The position numbers and the translations under genes were made by a program. Below are positions 1-6,835 of a stretch of DNA of 19,882 bases, in pieces; position 1 is the first letter of the stretch, and each line of letters starts with the position of its first letter. Origin of the DNA: Candidatus Fraserbacteria bacterium (GTDB taxonomy: Bacteria > Bipolaricaulota > Bipolaricaulia > RBG-16-55-9); assembly GCA_037443265.1 (NCBI GenBank), contig JBBIOR010000025.1, positions 1-19,882 of the forward strand, given 5' to 3'. Under the pieces are notes generated by a model. That model made no database searches, was not told the DNA's origin, and saw nothing but the letters and a program-made list of their open reading frames with translations.

Positions 1-2
1 CT

Positions 3-182
3 CTCCTCCTGCTGCTCTTCGACGTGATTGACGACTTGGTGCCCCAGCTGGGAGCAGGCCTGCGCTTAAGTTTTTCGCTCTCGCGCTCCATTTCATCCTT
101 TAATGAGTTGAGCCTGAGTGTACCCTTGGTCGCTCGCTTCCTCCAGCCTGCCTACGTTGCCGGGCTCTGGTTGATCTTCTGA
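3..182 (+). CDS. 3' end of an upstream gene (partial); possible outer-membrane beta-barrel protein
   Basis: Not in the ORF track. Frame 3 is open from the window edge to TGA at 180-182: LLLLLFDVIDDLVPQLGAGLRLSFSLSRSISSFNELSLSVPLVARFLQPAYVAGLWLIF*. It has alternating beta-strand patterns (GAGLRLSF, NELSLSV) and a terminal YxxGxxxxF resembling a beta-signal. Confidence 0.5.
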   Translation, partial: LLLLLFDVIDDLVPQLGAGLRLSFSLSRSISSFNELSLSVPLVARFLQPAYVAGLWLIF

Positions 183-223
183 ATTCAAAGGCCACGCCAG
201 ATCTCATCTTGAAGCTCTTTGCA

Positions 224-252
224 TTGACTCGATGCCGCTTTCCGGGTAAGAT
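224..252 (+). promoter_or_regulatory. sigma70-type promoter for the ileS operon
   Basis: TTGACT (224-229), 17-nt spacer, TAAGAT (247-252), about 32 nt upstream of the ileS ATG. Confidence 0.65.
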
Positions 253-284
253 GCAGGGGCGATCCCGGCCGGCGTGATCCAGCT

Positions 285-3200
285 ATGAAGTATTCTAAGC
301 TCGAGAGTGATGCCAAGCAGCGCGAGGCCCAGATTCTCGAGTTCTGGAGATCTCATAGGATCTTCGAGAAGAGCCTCGAGAAGACCAAAGAGGGACCTCG
401 CTATGTGTTCTACGAGGGCCCGCCCACCGCCAACGGCAAGCCGCACTTTGGGCACCTGATGCCGCGCGTCTATAAAGACCTCTTCCCACGCTACAAGACC
501 ATGCGCGGCTTCTATGTGCTCCGAAAAGGCGGCTGGGATACCCACGGGCTTCCCGTCGAACTCGAAGTCGAAAAGGCCCTGGGGCTCAACAGCAAGCAAG
601 ACATCGAAAAATACGGCATCGAGAATTTTATCGCCAAATGCAAAGAGAGCGTCTGGGAATACAAGAGCGATTGGGAACGCATGATCCAGCGCATGGGCTT
701 CTGGATCGATCTTGAAAGGCCCTATATCACATATACGAACGACTATATCGAGTCCGTCTGGTGGGCCTTGAAAAGAATATGGGAGCAGGGCCTGCTCTAT
801 CGAGGCCACAAGGTCCTCCCTTACTGCCCACGCTGCGGAACGCCCCTAAGCTCCCACGAGGTGGCCCAGGGCTACGAGGAAGTGACGGAGCCTGCGATCA
901 CCGTCAAGTTCAAGCTTAAAGGCCGCGAGAATGAATATATTCTGGCCTGGACGACGACACCTTGGACGCTGCCGGGCAACGTCGCCTTGGCCGTAGGAGA
1001 TGAGATCGAGTACGTCAAAGTCAGGCAGAAAGATGAAATTTATTATCTGGCCCAGGCACGCCTCAAAGCCGTGCTCGAGGGCGAGTATGAGATCCTAGAG
1101 GCTCTCAAAGGACACAAGATGCACGGCTGGGAGTACGAGCCCCTCTTCCCGTTCCTCAAAGACGCTCTCGGGCCGAACGCTCCCCGCGCCTGGTACGTGG
1201 CAGCAACCACGGACATGGTCTCCACAGAAGAGGGCACAGGCGTAGTGCACACGGCCGTCATGTACGGCGAAGAGGATTATCAATTGGGGGAAGAGCTGGG
1301 GCTCCCCAAGCATCACACTGTTGATCTAAGCGGCAGATTTACAGCGGAAGCGAAACCCTGGGCTGGCCTGTTCGTCAAGGATGCTGATAAAGAGATCATC
1401 CGCACGCTCAAAAGAGAGGGCAAGCTCTACAAGCAAGAGCAATATCAGCATGCGTATCCCTTCTGCTGGCGCTGTGATACGCCTCTGCTCTATTATGCGC
1501 TCGACTCGTGGTTCATTAAGACCACGGCCCGCCAGAAGGAGATCATCGCCAATAATCAAAGAATCAGCTGGCATCCGGAGTACATGCGCGCCGGGCGCTT
1601 CGGGAATTTCTTGGAGACGATGAAGGACTGGGCGCTCTCGCGGGATCGCTACTGGGGGACTCCGCTGCCCATCTGGATCTGCGAGCGCTGCGCGCAGCAA
1701 ATCTGCGTGGGCAGCCGCCAGGAGCTCATAGAGCTGGCCCAAGACCCCAAGCTCGCTGAGGGTGTCGAGCTGCATAAGCCCTACATCGACGAGATTTTCT
1801 TGAATTGTCCCAAATGCCAGGGCCCGATGAAGCGCGTGCCCCAAGTGATCGACTGCTGGTTCGACTCAGGGATGATGCACACGGCCCAGTGGCATGCGCC
1901 CTTTGAGAACCTTCAAATTTTTAATGAGCAGTTCCCGGCGGACTTCATCTGCGAGGGCCTAGATCAGACCCGCGGCTGGTTCTACACGCTCTTGGTGACC
2001 AGCACCCTGCTCTATCCCGATCGGGAATATCCGCATCCCTATCGCCATGTGTTAGTAACGGGCATGGGGCTCGATGCCGAAGGCAAGAAGATGAGCAAGT
2101 CCCGCGGCAACGTGCTCGATCCCATGGAATTTGTGGAGGCCTTCGGAGCCGATGCGCTCCGTTGGTATCTCTATTCGGGCAGCGCCCCCTGGCGCGATCG
2201 GCCCCTCTCCAAAGAAGAGGCCGCAAAAGTCTTAGGAGGCTTCATCAACACTCTGACGAACGTTTATAATTTCTTCGCGCTCTATGCCTCGATCGACGGC
2301 TTCTCTTATCGCCAGCACCGGAAAGCTTTAAGCGAGCGGAAGCTCATCGATCGCTGGATGATCTCGCGCTTTGAGCAGGCTGTCAAGGCCGTCACTTCGG
2401 CGCTCGACTCCTATGACGTCGTAGAGGCCACGGCGGCCATCGAGGCTCTTATAGATGATCTGAGCAGCTGGTATGTGAGGCTCTCTAGGCCGCGCTTCTG
2501 GGGCGAGGGTCTTCCCGCTGAGAAACGCTCAGGATACTCCACGCTCTATGAGGTGCTCTTGGGGCTCTCCAAGCTGATCGCGCCGTTTATGCCCTTCTTG
2601 GCTGAAAGCCTCTATCAGGGGCTGGGGGCGCCCGAAGGCGAGAGCGTCCATCTCTGCGCGTACCCAGAGTTCAACGCGGAGCACGTGGACGAGCCGCTTG
2701 AGCGGGAGATGGCGCTGGCGCGCCGGCTTGTGTCTTTGGGCCGCGCGGCACGCCAGAGCTCAGGCCTCAAAGTCCGCCAGCCGCTAAGAAGAATGACCGT
2801 CCAGCAGGCCCAAGCCCAAGAGCTTTCGGGGGAGCTTCTTGAGCTCGTCAAGGGTGAGCTCAACATCAAAGAGCTCTTATTCACCAAGGAGAATCTGCGC
2901 GATCAATATGTGATCGTAGGAGTGCAACCGAGGATGGCGGCCCTTGGCCCCAAGTTCGGCCGGCTGGCTCCCCGCATCCAGCAGGCCCTCGCGCAGGAGA
3001 ATCCTCAAAAGATCGCGGAAGCCCTGGAGCAGCAGGGAGTCTTCACGCTCGCTCTGGAGGGGGAGCGGATGTCGCTCACCTCGGAAGAGCTAGATGTTTC
3101 ATATAAAACAGAGCCTGGGGCGGCTTTCGATGGGGAATGCCTCGTCGTGCTCGATACGGAAATTACGCCGGAGCTGCGGGCTGAGGGCTACGTGCGGGAA

Positions 3201-3449
3201 CTCGTGCACGCCATCCAGCAGCTCAGGAAAGAAGCGGGCTTTGAGGTGACCGATCGCATCGAGCTATATTTGGACGCGGACGCGGAGTTGGCACAGGCTG
3301 TGGTGGTTCATCAGAAGCACGTCCAGGAGGAGACGCTGGCCGTGGCACTGCACATGGCCAAGCCCCCCTCGGCCGTGGTCGATCACCTAAGCGAGCTCAA
3401 TGTGAACGGCCTGCGGGCTTTTGTCGGACTCCTCAAAAGAAAGAGTTAG
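285..3449 (+). CDS. ileS: isoleucine--tRNA ligase, type 2 (IleRS2, archaeal/eukaryote-like)
   Basis: 1054 aa. Motifs: FYEGPPTANGKPHFGH (HIGH), GWDTHGLPVE, editing-domain WTTTPWTLP and GTGVVH, DWALSRDRYWGTPLPIW, EGLDQTRGWF, KMSKS. The C-terminus (ELVHAIQQLRKEAGFEVTDRI) lacks a terminal Zn finger, typical of type 2. Confidence 0.97.
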   Translation: MKYSKLESDAKQREAQILEFWRSHRIFEKSLEKTKEGPRYVFYEGPPTANGKPHFGHLMPRVYKDLFPRYKTMRGFYVLRKGGWDTHGLPVELEVEKALGLNSKQDIEKYGIENFIAKCKESVWEYKSDWERMIQRMGFWIDLERPYITYTNDYIESVWWALKRIWEQGLLYRGHKVLPYCPRCGTPLSSHEVAQGYEEVTEPAITVKFKLKGRENEYILAWTTTPWTLPGNVALAVGDEIEYVKVRQKDEIYYLAQARLKAVLEGEYEILEALKGHKMHGWEYEPLFPFLKDALGPNAPRAWYVAATTDMVSTEEGTGVVHTAVMYGEEDYQLGEELGLPKHHTVDLSGRFTAEAKPWAGLFVKDADKEIIRTLKREGKLYKQEQYQHAYPFCWRCDTPLLYYALDSWFIKTTARQKEIIANNQRISWHPEYMRAGRFGNFLETMKDWALSRDRYWGTPLPIWICERCAQQICVGSRQELIELAQDPKLAEGVELHKPYIDEIFLNCPKCQGPMKRVPQVIDCWFDSGMMHTAQWHAPFENLQIFNEQFPADFICEGLDQTRGWFYTLLVTSTLLYPDREYPHPYRHVLVTGMGLDAEGKKMSKSRGNVLDPMEFVEAFGADALRWYLYSGSAPWRDRPLSKEEAAKVLGGFINTLTNVYNFFALYASIDGFSYRQHRKALSERKLIDRWMISRFEQAVKAVTSALDSYDVVEATAAIEALIDDLSSWYVRLSRPRFWGEGLPAEKRSGYSTLYEVLLGLSKLIAPFMPFLAESLYQGLGAPEGESVHLCAYPEFNAEHVDEPLEREMALARRLVSLGRAARQSSGLKVRQPLRRMTVQQAQAQELSGELLELVKGELNIKELLFTKENLRDQYVIVGVQPRMAALGPKFGRLAPRIQQALAQENPQKIAEALEQQGVFTLALEGERMSLTSEELDVSYKTEPGAAFDGECLVVLDTEITPELRAEGYVRELVHAIQQLRKEAGFEVTDRIELYLDADAELAQAVVVHQKHVQEETLAVALHMAKPPSAVVDHLSELNVNGLRAFVGLLKRKS

Positions 3450-3450
3450 T

Positions 3451-4224
3451 ATGCTAAAAGTCTCTCGTCTGCGCGCTGAGCTTGAGAGCGAAAGATTTTT
3501 TGCCCGCTGGATCTTTCGAGAAGAAGTGGGCTCCACGATGGACATCGCGCGCGAGCTGGCGGAGGCCGGAGCCCCTGAAGGCACGATCGTGTTTGCAGCT
3601 CGCCAGACGGCCGGCCGAGGCCGCCGCGGCCGAGGCTGGGAGTCTCCCGAAGGGGGCGCGTGGTTTTCGCTGTTGCTAAGACCTCCCATGGAACTCTGCC
3701 GAGCCGGCTGCCTCTCTGTGCTTGCGGCCGTGGCTTGCGCTTTGGCCATAAGAGAGCGTTATGCCCTGCCCGTTCGGGTGAAATGGCCCAACGATCTTCT
3801 GTTGGACAACAGAAAACTCGGGGGCGTCTTGATTGAGCTGGCAGCCGTGGGCGCGCATATCGACTGGCTCATCGTCGGAATCGGGATTAACGTGAACAAT
3901 CCTCTGCCTAAGGAGGCGCGCCTCCCGCCCCTCTCGCTCGCAGGGGCTCTCGGGCATTCTATTGATCTCGAAGAGTTTTTTGCTGTGATTCTAAGAGCGC
4001 TAGCCCGCTGGTATTTGAGATTTTTGCAGGAGGGCTTTGAGCCCATTCGCACGATGTGGGCGGAGCTTTCGGCTCTGGAGGACGGCATCTGGGTCCAAAG
4101 GGGAGGGGAGCGGTTCGAAGCCCAAGTGAAGGGACTCTCTGAGCTGGGGAAGCTCATTATAGAACGCTCCGGTCGAATCGAGGAGCTTATCGCAGAAGAA
4201 GTGACGCTGACTCTGAGGGAGTGA
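3451..4224 (+). CDS. birA: biotin--[acetyl-CoA-carboxylase] ligase, monofunctional (no N-terminal HTH)
   Basis: Motifs: QTAGRGRRGRGWESP, KWPND, RKLGGVLIE, GIGINV. ATG 3451 lies 1 nt after the ileS TAG (3447-3449) and is preferred over the track's TTG at 3421. Confidence 0.93.
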   Translation: MLKVSRLRAELESERFFARWIFREEVGSTMDIARELAEAGAPEGTIVFAARQTAGRGRRGRGWESPEGGAWFSLLLRPPMELCRAGCLSVLAAVACALAIRERYALPVRVKWPNDLLLDNRKLGGVLIELAAVGAHIDWLIVGIGINVNNPLPKEARLPPLSLAGALGHSIDLEEFFAVILRALARWYLRFLQEGFEPIRTMWAELSALEDGIWVQRGGERFEAQVKGLSELGKLIIERSGRIEELIAEEVTLTLRE

Positions 4225-4232
4225 ATTCAAAG

Positions 4233-5549
4233 ATGCCAGCCATTGCCGTATTGGGGGCCCAATGGGGCGATGAAGGCAAGGGCAAGATCGTGCATCTCAT
4301 CTGCCGAGATGCCCATATGTGCGTGCGCTTCAACGGAGGCACCAACGCGGGCCACACGGTCGTCGTCTCCCATGACGAAGATGGACCCAAGGGACAGCCA
4401 GCGGAGTTTAAATTTCACTTGATTCCTTCAGGAGCTTTGCATCCCCATTGTGTGGGCGTTTTGGGCAACGGCATGGTCATCGAGCCCTTCTCACTGGCTC
4501 AGGAACTCAAGCAGCTTAAGCAGACTCTGGGCGCGGAGCCGAGGGTGTACATCAGCCAGAACGCCCATTTGATTCTGCCCTATCATCCCATCATCGAAAA
4601 GCTGGAGGGATCGGCCAGTGAACTGGATACGACGGCCAAGGGGATTGGGCCAGCGTATCAGGACAAAGTGGCCCGCCGGGGCCTACGGGCCGTGGACCTG
4701 CTGGAGCCCAAGAGATTTTTAGAGAAGCTGCGCCGCAATCTGGAGCGCCTTCAAATATTGCATCCGGACTCCAAGCCTCTGGCGCAGCTTGAGGCCGAGC
4801 CGCTGGCCGAAGAGATTTTTAAAGCCGCGGAGATCTTCCAAGCGAAGATCAAGGACACAACAGTCCTCCTCCATCAAGCCCTGGATGAAGATAAGAGGGT
4901 CGTCTTCGAGGGGGCGCAGGGGACGCTTCTGGATATTGATTTCGGCACGTATCCGTATGTCACGTCGTCCCATGCCACCATCGGCGGCATTGGAGTGGGC
5001 GCGGGGGTCTCGCCGCGCCGGATCGAGCGGGTGATCGGGGTAGCGAAGGCCTTCACCAGCCGGGTGGGTGCCGGCCCCTTCCCCACGGAAGAGAAAGGAC
5101 CCATCGGGGAGCGTCTGCGGGGCACAGGGGCCAATCCCTGGGACGAGTTCGGCACCACCACGGGTAGGCCCCGTCGCTGCGGCTGGCTCGATCTGGTAGC
5201 CCTCAAATACGCCCATCGCATCAACGGTTTTACCGAGCTGGCCCTGGTGAAACTCGACGTGCTCTCGGGCTTTGAGGAGCTGAAGGTGGCCACGGCCTAC
5301 CGCTATCAGGGAGAGCTCCTGGAAGATTTCCCGATGATCGCAGAGACTCTGGCCGAGTGCGAGCCCCTGTATGAGACGCTCCCCGGCTGGTCAGAAGACT
5401 TAAGAGGATGCCGCAGGTGGGAAGAGTTGCCCAAGAACGCCCAGCGCTACGTCCGGTTCATCGAAGAGTCTTTAGAGATTCCCGTTTCCGTAGTCTCCGT
5501 GGGGTGGGCGTTTGAGGACACGATCTGGGTGGAGAAGGCGGGGCACTAG
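4233..5549 (+). CDS. purA: adenylosuccinate synthetase
   Basis: Motifs: QWGDEGKGK, GGTNAGHT, TTAKGIGPAYQDK, EGAQG, GTYPYVTSS, EFGTTTGRPRRCGWLD. The start is ATG 4233 or the GTG at 4221 overlapping the birA stop. Confidence 0.97.
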   Translation: MPAIAVLGAQWGDEGKGKIVHLICRDAHMCVRFNGGTNAGHTVVVSHDEDGPKGQPAEFKFHLIPSGALHPHCVGVLGNGMVIEPFSLAQELKQLKQTLGAEPRVYISQNAHLILPYHPIIEKLEGSASELDTTAKGIGPAYQDKVARRGLRAVDLLEPKRFLEKLRRNLERLQILHPDSKPLAQLEAEPLAEEIFKAAEIFQAKIKDTTVLLHQALDEDKRVVFEGAQGTLLDIDFGTYPYVTSSHATIGGIGVGAGVSPRRIERVIGVAKAFTSRVGAGPFPTEEKGPIGERLRGTGANPWDEFGTTTGRPRRCGWLDLVALKYAHRINGFTELALVKLDVLSGFEELKVATAYRYQGELLEDFPMIAETLAECEPLYETLPGWSEDLRGCRRWEELPKNAQRYVRFIEESLEIPVSVVSVGWAFEDTIWVEKAGH

Positions 5550-5551
5550 CC

Positions 5552-6013
5552 ATGCGCCACGTCTGGGAGAACCTTCGACGATGGATCGCGCTCAAGAAAA
5601 GAAGAGATCGAGTCGAGGCGCTATCCCAAGCCCTGCGGGAGCATCAGCAGAGACTACAAGAGCGAGTCGAGCGGCGCACGCAGAGCCTAAGACGCCTCAT
5701 TCAGCGCTACGAGGATCAGGCGCACAGGTACTACAGACTCAATCAAGTCGCTCTGGCCGAGCTGGCTCTCCGTGAGAAGACAAAGCAGCAGGCCGAGTTG
5801 GAGCAGTTTGAGCAGAAGATCCTCACGCTAAGTCAACGCGTAGAGGCTCTACAAGCTCAAAGAGAGACGCTCATGAGTCAGCTTAAGAGGCGCAATGCGC
5901 GCGCCCGCGTGCGGGAGGAGCTGCAAGACTGGCAGGAGGGCGTCGAGCGAGTCAAGGAAGAGATCCTTCAGCTTCAAGCCCAGCTGGAGGAGGGTGTAGA
6001 TATTCGGGTGTGA
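5552..6013 (+). CDS. short PspA/IM30-like coiled-coil protein
   Basis: 153 aa, almost all heptad coiled coil, with an N-terminal amphipathic helix (MRHVWENLRRWI). YEDQAHRYYRLNQVALAELALREK resembles the PspA hairpin (A..AL..G.EdLAreAL.rK), and ARARVRE resembles PspA 'ARa..a'. Starts 2 nt after the purA stop. Confidence 0.6.
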   Translation: MRHVWENLRRWIALKKRRDRVEALSQALREHQQRLQERVERRTQSLRRLIQRYEDQAHRYYRLNQVALAELALREKTKQQAELEQFEQKILTLSQRVEALQAQRETLMSQLKRRNARARVREELQDWQEGVERVKEEILQLQAQLEEGVDIRV

Positions 6014-6028
6014 GAGGGGGCGAATGGT

Positions 6029-6136
6029 ATGAGTAACGGGCTGGATACTACCACGGCCATCTTCGTCATCGTCACGCTGGCGATCGTGCTGGGGGGATTT
6101 TTGCTCTATGAGCTGGTGGCTGGCCGCCGCACTTGA
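6029..6136 (+). CDS. 35-aa single-pass membrane peptide
   Basis: Below the ORF-track cutoff. GAGGGGG Shine-Dalgarno-like sequence 8 nt upstream of ATG 6029. Translation is MSNGLDTTTAIFVIVTLAIVLGGFLLYELVAGRRT*: one hydrophobic helix followed by basic RR. Confidence 0.65.
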   Translation: MSNGLDTTTAIFVIVTLAIVLGGFLLYELVAGRRT

Positions 6137-6154
6137 TGAGCGAGCTGAGCGGCG

Positions 6155-6183
6155 TTGCGAGGCATTGAGAAATCCGCTATAGT
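6155..6183 (+). promoter_or_regulatory. sigma70-type promoter for rplM
   Basis: TTGCGA (6155-6160), 17 nt, TATAGT (6178-6183). This argues against the ATG at 6184 as the start. Confidence 0.65.
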
Positions 6184-6207
6184 ATGGCCATCCCTTGGGA
6201 GGGAATC

Positions 6208-6651
6208 ATGCCGAAGACGGTCTTGGCCAAGAGAGAAGAGATGGGTCGGACGTGGCAACGCCATTGGTATCTGGTCGATGCCCAGGGAAAGACTCTGGGG
6301 CGCCTGGCCGCCCGCATCGCTCATGTTCTGATGGGCAAGCACAAGCCCATCTACACCCCGCATGTGGATGTGGGCGATTACGTGGTCGTCATCAACGCCG
6401 CAGAGATTCGCGTCACGGGCCGCAAGCGCCAGCAGAAGATGTACTATCGCTACTCGGGCTATCCGGGGGGCTTAAACGAGCAGCCCTTCGAAGAGGTGAT
6501 CCAAAGAGACCCCACGCGGCCCTTGTATGAGGCGGTCAAGCGCATGATCCCGCGCACCACCCTGGGACGGCGTCGTCTTAAGAAATTGAAGATCTATCCC
6601 GGCCCAGAGCACCCTCACGCCGTTCAGAACCCTCAGCCTCTCGAATTATAA
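6208..6651 (+). CDS. rplM: 50S ribosomal protein L13 (uL13)
   Basis: WYLVDAQGKTLGRLAARIAHVLMGKHKPIYTPHVDVGDYVVVINA, YYRYSGYPGGL, LKIYPGPEHPHAVQNP. GGAGGG Shine-Dalgarno precedes ATG 6208. Confidence 0.97.
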   Translation: MPKTVLAKREEMGRTWQRHWYLVDAQGKTLGRLAARIAHVLMGKHKPIYTPHVDVGDYVVVINAAEIRVTGRKRQQKMYYRYSGYPGGLNEQPFEEVIQRDPTRPLYEAVKRMIPRTTLGRRRLKKLKIYPGPEHPHAVQNPQPLEL

Positions 6652-6673
6652 CTTCCAGGTGCGCCAGGGACCC

Positions 6674-6703
6674 TTGTTAGAGGCGATCTCTTTGTGCTAT
6701 ATT
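6674..6703 (+). promoter_or_regulatory. candidate distal promoter (P1) for the surface-protein operon
   Basis: TTGTTA (6674-6679), 18 nt, TATATT (6698-6703), with an extended -10 TG (TGCTATATT). Confidence 0.45.
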
Positions 6704-6737
6704 GGGTAAAACGCTCGGTCTTCACCAGAGAGGCGGA

Positions 6738-6753
6738 TGTGGTCTGCATCACA
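6738..6753. promoter_or_regulatory. CRP/FNR-family-like operator
   Basis: TGTGG-TCTGCA-TCACA, a 9/10 match to TGTGA-N6-TCACA, centred about 30 nt upstream of the P2 -10 hexamer. Confidence 0.45.
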
Positions 6754-6772
6754 GTTTTTGGGCAGACGGTGA

Positions 6773-6781
6773 TGCTATATT
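6773..6781 (+). promoter_or_regulatory. candidate proximal extended -10 promoter (P2) with no recognisable -35
   Basis: Second exact copy of TGCTATATT, followed by a strong Shine-Dalgarno AAAGGAGG (6822-6829) and ATG 6836. Confidence 0.45.
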
Positions 6782-6835
6782 CGAGTTGGCATGATGAGAA
6801 CACTCGCCCAAGATGCGATGTAAAGGAGGCCTGCA

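Noticed and set aside
183..284. T-box riboswitch upstream of ileS
   Set aside because: The intergenic region is only about 100 nt, a promoter sits about 30 nt from the ATG, and there is no T-box motif or terminator.
3421..3450. N-terminal extension or DNA-binding HTH on BirA
   Set aside because: The TTG start overlaps ileS and the extension has no HTH. ATG 3451 gives a normal monofunctional ligase.
4233..5549. PurZ (2-aminoadenine/Z-genome pathway) rather than PurA
   Set aside because: The catalytic Asp in GDEGKG is retained (PurZ has Ser there), and the context is housekeeping with no phage genes.
6758..6811. Short inverted repeats (ttgggc/gcccaa, cgagt/actcg) as a riboswitch or structured leader
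   Set aside because: The stems are only 5-6 bp, they straddle the predicted P2 start, and I could not match them to a known riboswitch consensus.
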